This document shows, piece by piece, positions 1-9,179 of a stretch of 64,000 nt of DNA; position 1 is the stretch's first letter; each line of letters opens with the position of its first letter. The DNA lies in assembly GCA_963728405.1 (NCBI GenBank), contig CAVSJV010000004.1, positions 160,001 to 224,000 on the forward strand. The letters are read 5' to 3'. Position numbers and translations under genes: made by a program. The notes under the pieces are model-generated. The model was not told the origin of the DNA. It searched no databases and saw nothing but the letters and a program-made list of their open reading frames with translations. Source of the stretch: Methanomassiliicoccaceae archaeon. GTDB lineage: Archaea > Thermoplasmatota > Thermoplasmata > Methanomassiliicoccales > Methanomassiliicoccaceae.

Positions 1-935
1 GTTGCACAGCCAAGGGCAACGATCAGGTGCGCTTCGACGTCAGCATCGGCGCGCTGGCCCCAGACCTCAAGATCATCGCCCCCATGAGGGAGTGGGTCAT
101 GACCCGGGAAGAGGAGATCGATTATGCGAAGAAGAACGATATCCCCATTCCCGTGAAGAAGGCCTGCCCATACTCCACTGACGAGAACCTATGGGGCCGC
201 AGCTGTGAATGCGGTATCATCGAGGATGCCTCCAAGGAGCCGCCCGAGGACTCCCATGAGTGGACCGTTTCCCCGCTCAAGGCGCCCAACAAGCCAACTT
301 ATGTCGAGATCGGGTTCGAGCAGGGCGTGCCGGTCTCCATCGATGGTCGCAAGCTCCCGCCGGTCGAACTGATCATGAAGCTCAACAAGGTCGCCGGCGA
401 GAACGGCGTCGGTCGGATCGACCATGTCGAGGACCGGCTAGTAGGCATCAAGTCTCGCGAGACCTACGAATGTCCCGCCGCCATCACTCTCATCAAGGCA
501 CACCAGGCACTGGAGGGTATGGTTCTGATCAAGGATGTCCTCTCGTACAAGAAGGGCATCGAGCAGCGGTTCTCCGAGCTCGCCTACGACGGCTTGTGGT
601 TCTCTCCGCTCAAGGACGCCCTGGACGCATTCGTGGACACCACCCAGAGATATGTTACTGGCATGGTCCGGATCAAACTGTACAAGGGCAACGTCGAGGT
701 CGTGGGCCGCGAATCGCCGTACTCACTGTACAACGAGGGGCTGGCCACCTACGCCAAGGGCGATGAGTTCGACCACACCTCGGCCAAGGGCTTCATCTAT
801 GTGTGGGGCCTGCCACTGAGGACGGTGGCCGCCGCTCACAAGGCCAAGATGAAGGTGGTGGAGCATGAGGCGGAGAAGGCCAAGCCCGCGGCCAAGAAGC
901 CCCGTGAGGCAACCCGCAAAAAGGCCGCCAACTAG
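1..935 (+). CDS. argG: Argininosuccinate synthase (5' end outside window)
   Basis: Motifs CTAKGNDQVRF, YSTDENLWGRSCECG, EDRLVGIKSRETYECPAA; lies directly upstream of argH. Confidence 0.97.
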   Translation, partial: CTAKGNDQVRFDVSIGALAPDLKIIAPMREWVMTREEEIDYAKKNDIPIPVKKACPYSTDENLWGRSCECGIIEDASKEPPEDSHEWTVSPLKAPNKPTYVEIGFEQGVPVSIDGRKLPPVELIMKLNKVAGENGVGRIDHVEDRLVGIKSRETYECPAAITLIKAHQALEGMVLIKDVLSYKKGIEQRFSELAYDGLWFSPLKDALDAFVDTTQRYVTGMVRIKLYKGNVEVVGRESPYSLYNEGLATYAKGDEFDHTSAKGFIYVWGLPLRTVAAAHKAKMKVVEHEAEKAKPAAKKPREATRKKAAN

Positions 936-1030
936 GCGACCGACCCCCAAATCTCTTCAACACATTTCCTTTTTATCAGAAACGCAGTTCTGGACGTGAG
1001 AACGGTGACATTCATCGAAGGTGAACGGCA

Positions 1031-2482
1031 ATGAGCGATGACAAGAAGACGCTGTGGTCAGGAAGGTTCAGCCAGGGCGTGGCCGAGAGCACCCTTGCCT
1101 TCACTTCCTCGCTGGCGGTCGATCAGAGATTGGCCCGCTATGACGTGCTTGGTTCCCTCGCGCACGCCAAGATGCTAGCACGCCAAGGGATCATCTCCGC
1201 CGAGGACGGCCGGAAGATCGAGCTCGGATTGAAGGACATCATGGCGCAGGTGAACGACGGGACGTTGCCGATCCAACCGCAGCTGGAGGATATCCACTCC
1301 AACATCGAGTTCCTGCTGACCGACCGGGTCAAGGATGCGGGGGCGCGGCTGCATACGGCGCGAAGCCGGAACGACCAGGTCATCACCGACGTCCGCATGT
1401 TCCTGAGGGACGCGACGCTCGACACGATCGATGCCATCCGGACCGCGGAGAGGGCGCTGATGGAGCGGGCGAGCGAGAACCTGGACACCATCCTTCCCGG
1501 CTTCACCCACGTCCAGCATGCCCAGCCCGTGACGGTAGGACACTGGCTCATGGCCCATTTCTTCCGGCTGCACCGGGATGCCGAGCGGCTGATGGATTCG
1601 TACAAGCGGGTGAACATCTCGCCGCTGGGCTCGGCGGCACTGGCCGGCACCACTTACAACATTGACCGCATGTTCACCGCCCACCTGCTGGGCTTCGAGG
1701 CACCGTGCCCCAACTCCATCGATGGGGTCTCCGACCGCGACTTTGTGGCCGAGTACCTGTTCGATGCCGCCCTGACCGCGGTCCACCTATCCTCCATGTG
1801 CGAGGAGCTGGTGTACTGGTCATCACCGGAGTTCGGGTTCATCGAGATGGCCGATGCCTACTCGACCGGTTCGAGCATCATGCCTCAGAAGAAGAACCCT
1901 GACGTCGCCGAGCTGACCCGTGGCCGGGCCGGCGCGGCCCTCGGGGACCTGGTCAACATACTCACCACGATGAAGGGGCTGCCCACCGCTTACAATCGCG
2001 ACCTGCAAGAGGATAAGCCTGCCCTATTCGCCTCGTACGACCGCCTGGTACCTTGCCTGCGGATGACCGCGGCCATGATATCCACGATGCAGTTGAACAA
2101 AGAGCGGATGCTGGCGGCCTGCCAGGACGGATACTTGAACGCGACTGACCTCGCCGATTACCTTGCCATGAGGGGGCTGCCGTTCCGCAAGGCCCACGAG
2201 GTGGTTGGCGCGATCGTCCGCCACGCCATCGATCGCCGGAAGCGCCTGGAGGACCTGAGCCTCGATGAGCTTCGCGGCTTCTGCGACCTCATCGACCAGG
2301 ACGTGTTCTCAGTGCTGCCGATCGAGCGCTGCGTCGCTCGCAGGACCTCCATCGGGGGGACGTCCCCTGAGGTCACGCCAATGCAGCTGAGCCAGGCCAT
2401 GTCGGTCCTGCGTCGGCAGGGCGATTTCGTTGAAAAGGAGAGGGGACGGATCGAGAGGGCGTTCAATGGTCTGACCACCTAG
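1031..2482 (+). CDS. argH: Argininosuccinate lyase
   Basis: LHTARSRNDQ, GSSIMPQKKNPD fumarate-lyase signature, YNRDLQEDK. Confidence 0.97.
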   Translation: MSDDKKTLWSGRFSQGVAESTLAFTSSLAVDQRLARYDVLGSLAHAKMLARQGIISAEDGRKIELGLKDIMAQVNDGTLPIQPQLEDIHSNIEFLLTDRVKDAGARLHTARSRNDQVITDVRMFLRDATLDTIDAIRTAERALMERASENLDTILPGFTHVQHAQPVTVGHWLMAHFFRLHRDAERLMDSYKRVNISPLGSAALAGTTYNIDRMFTAHLLGFEAPCPNSIDGVSDRDFVAEYLFDAALTAVHLSSMCEELVYWSSPEFGFIEMADAYSTGSSIMPQKKNPDVAELTRGRAGAALGDLVNILTTMKGLPTAYNRDLQEDKPALFASYDRLVPCLRMTAAMISTMQLNKERMLAACQDGYLNATDLADYLAMRGLPFRKAHEVVGAIVRHAIDRRKRLEDLSLDELRGFCDLIDQDVFSVLPIERCVARRTSIGGTSPEVTPMQLSQAMSVLRRQGDFVEKERGRIERAFNGLTT

Positions 2483-2565
2483 AGCGATCCTCGGTCGATC
2501 GATAGCAATATCGCTCGGCTGGTCAGTAAGGATGTGGGGAGAACGTGTCATTCTTAGAACTGATC

Positions 2566-2685
2566 ATGGCCGATGCACCCGTCATCAAAGTGAAAGCCGT
2601 CAAGGAGCAAAGGGGCCGGAAGAAGAACAGTGGGAACCGGAAAAGAATGACCAATGTCCAGGCTAGGAACCCTAGAAAACGGTGA
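2566..2685 (+). CDS. Putative small basic protein (39 aa; 46 aa from GTG at 2545)
   Basis: Hand translation MADAPVIKVKAVKEQRGRKKNSGNRKRMTNVQARNPRKR; GGGGAG precedes the in-frame GTG at 2545. Confidence 0.35.
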   Translation: MADAPVIKVKAVKEQRGRKKNSGNRKRMTNVQARNPRKR

Positions 2686-2725
2686 TCCCACAATCCGTTA
2701 CTAAAATGGTATAGAATTGTAACGC

Positions 2726-3097
2726 CTAGTTGGCGTCCTTGCCGCCCAGGGCATTCCATTGCAAGGTGTGCTTGATGCCGTCCTTCGAGAGCATCTTGCT
2801 GATCTTTTCGCTGAGGCGAACGACCTCGCTGCCGGCAGTGTTGGACTTCAGGTAGAACTGCTTGCTGCCGATGGGGAACACCATCCGCATGCGACCCTTG
2901 CGGTTGTATCCCTCGGGCTTCTCGTTCTTCTGAAGGGCCTGCTGGTTGATGAAAATGAACATCTGGAGGACATCCTCGTCGTCAGGCATCTGGTCTGTCT
3001 CTTCCAGGAACATCTTCAAGATCTCCGGGAATGCCTCCTCGAGGTCCTTGTACTGGAAATCTTCTTCAAAGATGAAATGCCCACTGGTCGCCTTCAT
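2726..3097 (-). CDS. Hypothetical protein (123 aa)
   Basis: Clean ORF with normal composition, AT-rich promoter-like region upstream. Confidence 0.75.
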   Translation of the reverse strand: MKATSGHFIFEEDFQYKDLEEAFPEILKMFLEETDQMPDDEDVLQMFIFINQQALQKNEKPEGYNRKGRMRMVFPIGSKQFYLKSNTAGSEVVRLSEKISKMLSKDGIKHTLQWNALGGKDAN

Positions 3098-3212
3098 TAG
3101 CTTTTTGAAGGGCTGGTGTGTATTTATAATTTATTCCCTCGCTTCCACCGGGTAACGGGGAATTGAAAGGCAACGTAGGTGAATATTAATTAGACCTATC
3201 AAATACAAGGGC

Positions 3213-4526
3213 ATGCTTGTTGCGCTGACCATTGCTGGCTCCGACTCAGTGGGCGGGGCGGGGATCGAGGCAGACATCAAGGCCTTCGCATCGCAGGGCG
3301 TCCACGGGGCCGTCGCTATAACAGCGGTCACCGCCCAGAACACCCAAAGGGTCGCCGCCATCTACCCGATGTCGGCCGATGCGGTGATGGCCCAGATTGA
3401 TGCGGTCCTCGGCGATGTCCATGTCTCGGCGGCCAAGACTGGCATGCTGTACTCTCAGGAGATCATTTCGGCGGTCGCCGGGCGACTTTCCGGAAAGGGC
3501 ATCCCGCTGGTGGTCGATCCAGTCATGGTGGCCGGCACCGGCAACCTGCTGGCCACGGAGACCCACCTCATCTCCATGCGGGAGGACCTCATCCCGATCG
3601 CCACCATCGTCACCCCCAATGTCCCGGAGGCCGAGGCCCTGGTGGAATACAAGATCACCGACGATCAGAAGGTCCGCCAGGCCTGCCGAGATATTGCCAA
3701 AATGGGCGCCGAGGCCGTCCTGCTCAAGGGCGGGCACATGTGTGGTAACTCGTGCGTGGATACCTTCTATTACAATGGTAAGGTCCTGCAGCTGGAGACG
3801 CCACGGATCGAAGGCCGCGGCCATGGTGGAGGATGCATCTTGTCCTCGTATCTCGCCGCCAACCTGGCTAAGGGCATGGGACTATGGGAAGCGTCCCTGG
3901 CCGCCAAGGCGTCCATCAACGACGCGATCGCCCATCAGTATACCGTGGGTGTGGGAATGCCAGTCGTGGAGCCGCTGGGCCGCCAGCTCAGGGATGGGCA
4001 AAGGCACCAGGTTGCCACCCGGCTGAGGGCGGCCATGCTCGACTTGATCGATGTCCTGCCCCGGGAATGGATCCCCGAAGTGGGGACGAACATGGTGTTC
4101 GCCCTTCCCGGAGCGAGGAACGCTGACGAGGTCTGCGCGCTGGAATCGAGGATCGTTGGTCTTAGGGGCAGGGCCGTATCGGCCGGTTGCGTCTCCTTCG
4201 GCGCTTCGGTCCACGTGGCGACAATAGCCCTAACGGCCATGAAGTACGACGGCGGCATGCGCTCGGCCATGAACCTACGATTCTCTGATGAGCATGTCGC
4301 GGCGTTGCGGAGGGCCGGACTGAGCATCGGCTCGTTCGAGCGGAAGGGGGGACCGAAGCATTACTGTCAGGATACAGATCATGGGACGGAAGATGCTATA
4401 AGGGCCCTTGGATTTGTACCCGATGTGATATATGACCGCGGTGCTCCTGGAAAGGAGTCGATGGTCCGGCTTCTCGCTTCCTCTCCCGAGGAAATGGTGA
4501 GCAAATTAAAGAAGGTCCTGGTCTGA
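3213..4526 (+). CDS. thiD: Bifunctional HMP(-P) kinase / thiamine-phosphate synthase ThiN (ThiDN)
   Basis: [32 protein letters not shown]; C-terminal ThiN domain with IPEVGTN and FGASVHVA. Confidence 0.93.
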   Translation: MLVALTIAGSDSVGGAGIEADIKAFASQGVHGAVAITAVTAQNTQRVAAIYPMSADAVMAQIDAVLGDVHVSAAKTGMLYSQEIISAVAGRLSGKGIPLVVDPVMVAGTGNLLATETHLISMREDLIPIATIVTPNVPEAEALVEYKITDDQKVRQACRDIAKMGAEAVLLKGGHMCGNSCVDTFYYNGKVLQLETPRIEGRGHGGGCILSSYLAANLAKGMGLWEASLAAKASINDAIAHQYTVGVGMPVVEPLGRQLRDGQRHQVATRLRAAMLDLIDVLPREWIPEVGTNMVFALPGARNADEVCALESRIVGLRGRAVSAGCVSFGASVHVATIALTAMKYDGGMRSAMNLRFSDEHVAALRRAGLSIGSFERKGGPKHYCQDTDHGTEDAIRALGFVPDVIYDRGAPGKESMVRLLASSPEEMVSKLKKVLV

Positions 4527-4528
4527 GT

Positions 4529-5704
4529 ATGGAAAAATTGCGCATCGCCATGTTCACTGACAGTTACCTCCCGGCGCGAGACGGGGTGGTCAACTCCATA
4601 ATACTGACCAAGAGACAACTAGAGCTCATGGGCCATGAGGTCATCGTGTTCGCTCCCGAACCATGGGACGGGCACCGTGAAAGTGGGATCTATTATTTCC
4701 GATCGGTGAATTTCAAGAAATACCCCGGTTACAGCATTCCGATGTTCCCGACCAACAAATGCGAGATACTTCGGGAGCTGGACGTGGACGTCATTCACAC
4801 TCATGGCCTCTTGTTCATGGGCGTCCGCAGCATGTTCGCCGCCAGGACGCTGGGAAAACCAGTGGTCGTCTCCTTCCATACCATGGTCACCGACGCGGCG
4901 AAGTATTACGCTCGAATTCCCATTCCCGACTGGATGACCACGAGGCTGTTCTGGATCTACCTGCGGGAGCTCCTGGAACGCGCCGACGCGGTGGTCGCGC
5001 CGACGCTGGCGATAAAGAACGAGCTGCTGACCTATGCCCCCGACATGAATCGAATCGACGTCATCCCTACCGGCGTCGATTGCACCAGGTTCTGCCCGGA
5101 GAACGACGGCTCATCCATCCGGCACCGGTACGGCCTGGATGGCGAGAAAGTGCTCCTGCATGTAGGCCGTATCGCCTGGGAGAAGAACCTCGATCTGGTC
5201 ATCGACGGATTCGTAAGCCTGGCCAAGGGCGACCCCCGGGTCCGGCTGCTGATCGTCGGCGAGGGACCGGCCAAGAAGCATTACCAGCAGCTCGTGGCCG
5301 ACAAAGGCATAGCCGACAAGACCATCTTTACCGGGTTCATCCCGGACGAGGAGCTACCTCAGGTCTATGCGGCCTGCGATGCCTTCACCATCGCATCCAA
5401 GTTCGAGACCCAGGGCCTGGTGGCGCTGGAGGCGATGGCCACCGGGAAGCCGGTGGCCGGTATTAACTTCCGAGCGATAGCCGAGATCGTACGCCCAGGA
5501 GTGAACGGCTTCCTTTTCGAAGATGATCCTGCCTCGTGCGCCCTGGCCATGAGGGACGCGTTGAACAATACTAACGGCATACGGACGAGGGCGAGGGAGT
5601 ACGCTAAGGGATACGCGGTCGAGGAGAGCGTGCTCAAGCTGGTCAATCTGTATAAGTTCGCCATAGAGAACAAAAAGGCCACCCTGAACGGAAAGATTTT
5701 CTAA
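4529..5704 (+). CDS. Glycosyltransferase family 4 (GT-B)
   Basis: IAMFTDSYLP..DGV, VGRIAWEKN, ETQGLVALEAMATG. Confidence 0.92.
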   Translation: MEKLRIAMFTDSYLPARDGVVNSIILTKRQLELMGHEVIVFAPEPWDGHRESGIYYFRSVNFKKYPGYSIPMFPTNKCEILRELDVDVIHTHGLLFMGVRSMFAARTLGKPVVVSFHTMVTDAAKYYARIPIPDWMTTRLFWIYLRELLERADAVVAPTLAIKNELLTYAPDMNRIDVIPTGVDCTRFCPENDGSSIRHRYGLDGEKVLLHVGRIAWEKNLDLVIDGFVSLAKGDPRVRLLIVGEGPAKKHYQQLVADKGIADKTIFTGFIPDEELPQVYAACDAFTIASKFETQGLVALEAMATGKPVAGINFRAIAEIVRPGVNGFLFEDDPASCALAMRDALNNTNGIRTRAREYAKGYAVEESVLKLVNLYKFAIENKKATLNGKIF

Positions 5705-5727
5705 GGGGGAGGCGTCTACCTGCCAAA

Positions 5728-6333
5728 ATGACCGACATAGGCACTTTCTTTACCGAACTGTTCACCCCGCTCGGCCTATGGGGCGGTCTGATCTGTATCT
5801 TTGTCCTGTTCTACATCGACGCGATCATCTTCCCGACCTTGCCGGAACTGTTCACCGTGCTCATCTTTACCAACGCCTCGGACTACGGTGTCGACACCCT
5901 GACATTTGGCGTCAGCATCTTGGCGACCATCGTGGTGGCGGAGATCGTCGGGGTCATGACCCTTTACTACATCGTCAAGAGCGCCAAGCTGCCACATCGG
6001 GTCCAAAAGATCGTGAAACGGTACCAGGGCTTCTTAATATGTCCAGACGAACGCATGATCCTCGTCAACCGGTTAGCACCAATCCTCCCGTTCCTGGGAG
6101 CGTTCGTCGCCCTGGCCGGGTGGGAGCTGAAAAAATCGCTCTACTACGTGGTCCTGGGCGGCATCATCAAGTACGGGATAATCCTGGCCCTTAGCGGCCT
6201 GTTCCTCACCTACTTCAGCAAGGGTACCGCTACGACCGTGACGGTGGTCATGGTCATAATCATAATCATCTTGAGCATGATGGTGTCCTACTACCGCAAA
6301 CGGAGGCTGAACAATGCGCATAGTGCAACTTAA
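5728..6333 (+). CDS. Integral membrane protein, DedA/VTT-like
   Basis: Multiple hydrophobic segments; NRLAPILP resembles the DedA RFxP motif. Confidence 0.6.
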   Translation: MTDIGTFFTELFTPLGLWGGLICIFVLFYIDAIIFPTLPELFTVLIFTNASDYGVDTLTFGVSILATIVVAEIVGVMTLYYIVKSAKLPHRVQKIVKRYQGFLICPDERMILVNRLAPILPFLGAFVALAGWELKKSLYYVVLGGIIKYGIILALSGLFLTYFSKGTATTVTVVMVIIIIILSMMVSYYRKRRLNNAHSAT

Positions 6334-7378
6334 CCCCTATCACTATCCTTACATGGGCGGCATAGAGCACCGCGTCCATGAGGTCTCCAAGCGACTCTCC
6401 TCGAAGCACGAGATGATCGTGCTGACCGGTCACCTGCCAGGGACCGAGGCGGAGGAGGAAAGGGACGGCTATCGGATCATTAGGCTCCCATCTCGCCTGG
6501 TGGACTTCTACAATCCGCCGTTCATCTCAACGCCGGGTGTCCTCAAGGCCCTCGAGAAGCTCGACCCGGACGTGGTCGACTTTCACTATCGTTGGGCACC
6601 ATCATACACTAAGGCCATGAACCAATACTGCGGCAAGTGGACGTTTACGTTCCACAACACCTACGGAGAAGGTCATGGGCTGAACCGGGCGGTGAGCCTC
6701 ATCAATGATGCCATGTTCTGCCGCCGCATCAGGGAGCAGCGGGTGATCTGCATCACCGAGTTCATCAAGGGCGATCTGATCAAGAGGTCATTCTCCCCGG
6801 ACAAGCTGGAAGTGATCCCTCCTGGTATCGACCTGGCGGAAGCCGACGGGACCGAAGGCGATTACATACTGTTCATCGGCCGCCTCGTCGGAACGAAGGG
6901 GTTGCCGTACCTGATCCGAGCCATGGACCTAGTGGACGGTAAGCTCCTGATCGTGGGCGAGGGACCGGACCGCAGACGCCTGGAGGCCCTGGTCCGCAGA
7001 ACCGGCTTGGCGGATAAAGTGGGGTTCACCGGCCGGGTATCCGAAGACGAGAAGGTTCGGCTGCTGTCCAACTGCAAGGTTTTCGCCATGCCCTCGCTCT
7101 TCGAGTCGTACGGCCTGGCCGTTGCCGAGGCCATGTCCTGGGGCAAGCCGGTCATCGCGTCGAGGGTGGGCGGACTGCCCGAGGTCGTCGGGGACGGAGG
7201 CATCCTGTGCCCTCCCCGCGATCCCATGGCCATCGCCATCGCTCTGAACCGCCTGCTCAAGGACGACGCGGTTCGTAGGGAATACGCCCGCAACGCCAGG
7301 GTACACATCCAACGGTTCGCATGGACCAACGTGGTTAGGGATCTCGAGGCCACCTATCACAAGGTGGCCGAGGAATAG
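6314..7378 (+). CDS. Glycosyltransferase family 4
   Basis: PYMGGIE, FIGRLVGTKG, ESYGLAVAEAMSWGKPVIASRVGG. Confidence 0.92.
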   Translation: MRIVQLNPYHYPYMGGIEHRVHEVSKRLSSKHEMIVLTGHLPGTEAEEERDGYRIIRLPSRLVDFYNPPFISTPGVLKALEKLDPDVVDFHYRWAPSYTKAMNQYCGKWTFTFHNTYGEGHGLNRAVSLINDAMFCRRIREQRVICITEFIKGDLIKRSFSPDKLEVIPPGIDLAEADGTEGDYILFIGRLVGTKGLPYLIRAMDLVDGKLLIVGEGPDRRRLEALVRRTGLADKVGFTGRVSEDEKVRLLSNCKVFAMPSLFESYGLAVAEAMSWGKPVIASRVGGLPEVVGDGGILCPPRDPMAIAIALNRLLKDDAVRREYARNARVHIQRFAWTNVVRDLEATYHKVAEE

Positions 7379-7385
7379 GCCGCTC

Positions 7386-8177
7386 ATGGCCGCGGCGTCC
7401 CTGCTGTTATTGATCCTGACCATCATCACCAGCGCGCTGCTTCTCATCACCACGGTCGGGAACAACGTCCTGCACCGCACGCTGGCCGGAATGAGAAGGA
7501 ACCTGCCCTGGCTGGTCCTGCTTCTAGTGGCCACGGCGCTGGAGAGGAGCTTTGGTCAGCTGCCACCAGACCACCCCTATTTACTTGAGATGTCAGCGCA
7601 CACAGAGATACTGGCTGGCCTCTCAACCTGGCTCCAGAGCGCCATCCCCACCTTATTGGGGCCATCTATCTTTGGCACGATCTACATCATAGCCTTCCTG
7701 ATCTGCCTGATCGTCCTGCCCCTTTACCTGCTGGCTTCGGGTGAGGACATTATCTTCAAGAGATACTGCTTGAGCCTGGGCCTGGCATATTTCTTTCTGA
7801 TCATCTTCCACCTGGCCATCCTTTCGGTCCGGCCTGGCCTGGACCCTGCCTCGGGCATTGCCGGGATCCTTTATCTCGATCCGTTCTGGGGCCCCATCTC
7901 GGTTGACCTGATATCACGGGGGAACAGCTTACCCAGCGGCCATACCATCTCCCTCATGGCCACTGCCGTGGCCATATGGCCATTGAGACGTCTCCGGACA
8001 GCGGTCCTGGCGCTGCTCGGCCTGACCATGGTGGCCATCCTCTACCTGGGGATCCACTGGCCTATCGATGTTATCATTGGCATCGCCCTGGGAGCGGCGA
8101 GCGGCCTGGTGGCGATCAAGATCGTAGAAAAGTGGGAAAGGAAGAAGTTTATGCTATCGACACCACGGTCACCGTGA
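7386..8177 (+). CDS. PAP2-family membrane phosphatase/phosphotransferase
   Basis: SLPSGH and LYLGIHWPIDVIIG PAP2 motifs, multiple TM segments. Confidence 0.88.
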   Translation: MAAASLLLLILTIITSALLLITTVGNNVLHRTLAGMRRNLPWLVLLLVATALERSFGQLPPDHPYLLEMSAHTEILAGLSTWLQSAIPTLLGPSIFGTIYIIAFLICLIVLPLYLLASGEDIIFKRYCLSLGLAYFFLIIFHLAILSVRPGLDPASGIAGILYLDPFWGPISVDLISRGNSLPSGHTISLMATAVAIWPLRRLRTAVLALLGLTMVAILYLGIHWPIDVIIGIALGAASGLVAIKIVEKWERKKFMLSTPRSP

Positions 8178-9039
8178 AGGATAGGACCACACTTTTTTGC
8201 TCGGTACGGTTGTTGTCCTTATAGACAGTATATTTCCCGGCAGACGGATCAACAGTGATGACCAGTGTCTTGACCGAGTTCTCATCTAAACATCCCACAT
8301 TTCGGACGCTAGATGCATCAAGGTTGTGATGAACTGTTATGTTGTATGAATCTATATTCGTGACCGTTGCGGTCCACCCATAGGTCGGATGGTCTGCCGA
8401 TGAGTAGATCCCATAGGTGGAACCATCTGACGGACCGTTCATCACAAGAACATGGGCTGAATCTGAGGCAGATAGAACGGTGACCTGCCAACCGTATTTG
8501 GGATCGACGACAGTGAGATGGGTGCTGGCATCCTGCTTGTACATGGTCTTAAAAGCCTGGGCGGTCATCGTTTTCAAGATGGGTATTGTTTCGTTAATAT
8601 CGTAAGTAAATATTTTCGTTGGATCCATGTTCCCATACCCTTGAGACGGCTCCACGGTGATGGTCTTGGTCTCTCCGGCCGCCATGCCCAGCACGCCGCG
8701 GTCGAAACCAGTGATCATGCTGCCGGCGCCGACGGTGAAGTTAAGGGTGCCGTACATCGTCTCGCTACCGCGGTAGGTGTAGAACAGTGACTTTGGATAG
8801 GTGGTGTTGTCGCTAGCCACGGTGAACAACGAGGTATCGAAGACCCGGCCATCGGGCAGCTGGCCGATGTAGTTGACCTTTATCACGCTGCCGGATACGA
8901 CCTTCTTTTCAGCAGCCCCCAGGCCCGTTGCGAAAATGAACACACCGATGGTCGAGACGATCAAGATGGCCACGATGGCGATGGCAGCCAGTGCTGCCTT
9001 GGCGTCCCGTGAACCTGACAAGGAAGACTTGAACCTCAT
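8149..9039 (-). CDS. Membrane-anchored FKBP-type peptidyl-prolyl isomerase (SlyD-like)
   Basis: N-terminal TM; VNYIGQLPDGRVFDTS, FTVGAGSMITGFDRGVLGM, PSQGYG; start placed at ATG 9039. Confidence 0.85.
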   Translation of the reverse strand: MRFKSSLSGSRDAKAALAAIAIVAILIVSTIGVFIFATGLGAAEKKVVSGSVIKVNYIGQLPDGRVFDTSLFTVASDNTTYPKSLFYTYRGSETMYGTLNFTVGAGSMITGFDRGVLGMAAGETKTITVEPSQGYGNMDPTKIFTYDINETIPILKTMTAQAFKTMYKQDASTHLTVVDPKYGWQVTVLSASDSAHVLVMNGPSDGSTYGIYSSADHPTYGWTATVTNIDSYNITVHHNLDASSVRNVGCLDENSVKTLVITVDPSAGKYTVYKDNNRTEQKSVVLSFTVTVVSIA

Positions 9040-9137
9040 TAGAACCCTGCCAGGGATTCGGCTAGACCGATTTATAGTTTGGGTGGGCCACATTCTAATT
9101 GGTGACCGACGCCAGTTCGCTGGCCTTCATCTATTTT

Positions 9138-9156
9138 CAAAAAAGGGTTTATACTC
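9138..9156 (+). promoter_or_regulatory. BRE/TATA promoter of thrS
   Basis: A-rich AAAAAAAGGG followed by TTTATA about 25-30 nt before the ATG at 9180. Confidence 0.5.
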
Positions 9157-9179
9157 TTCAGATATTATCTGCCGATTTG

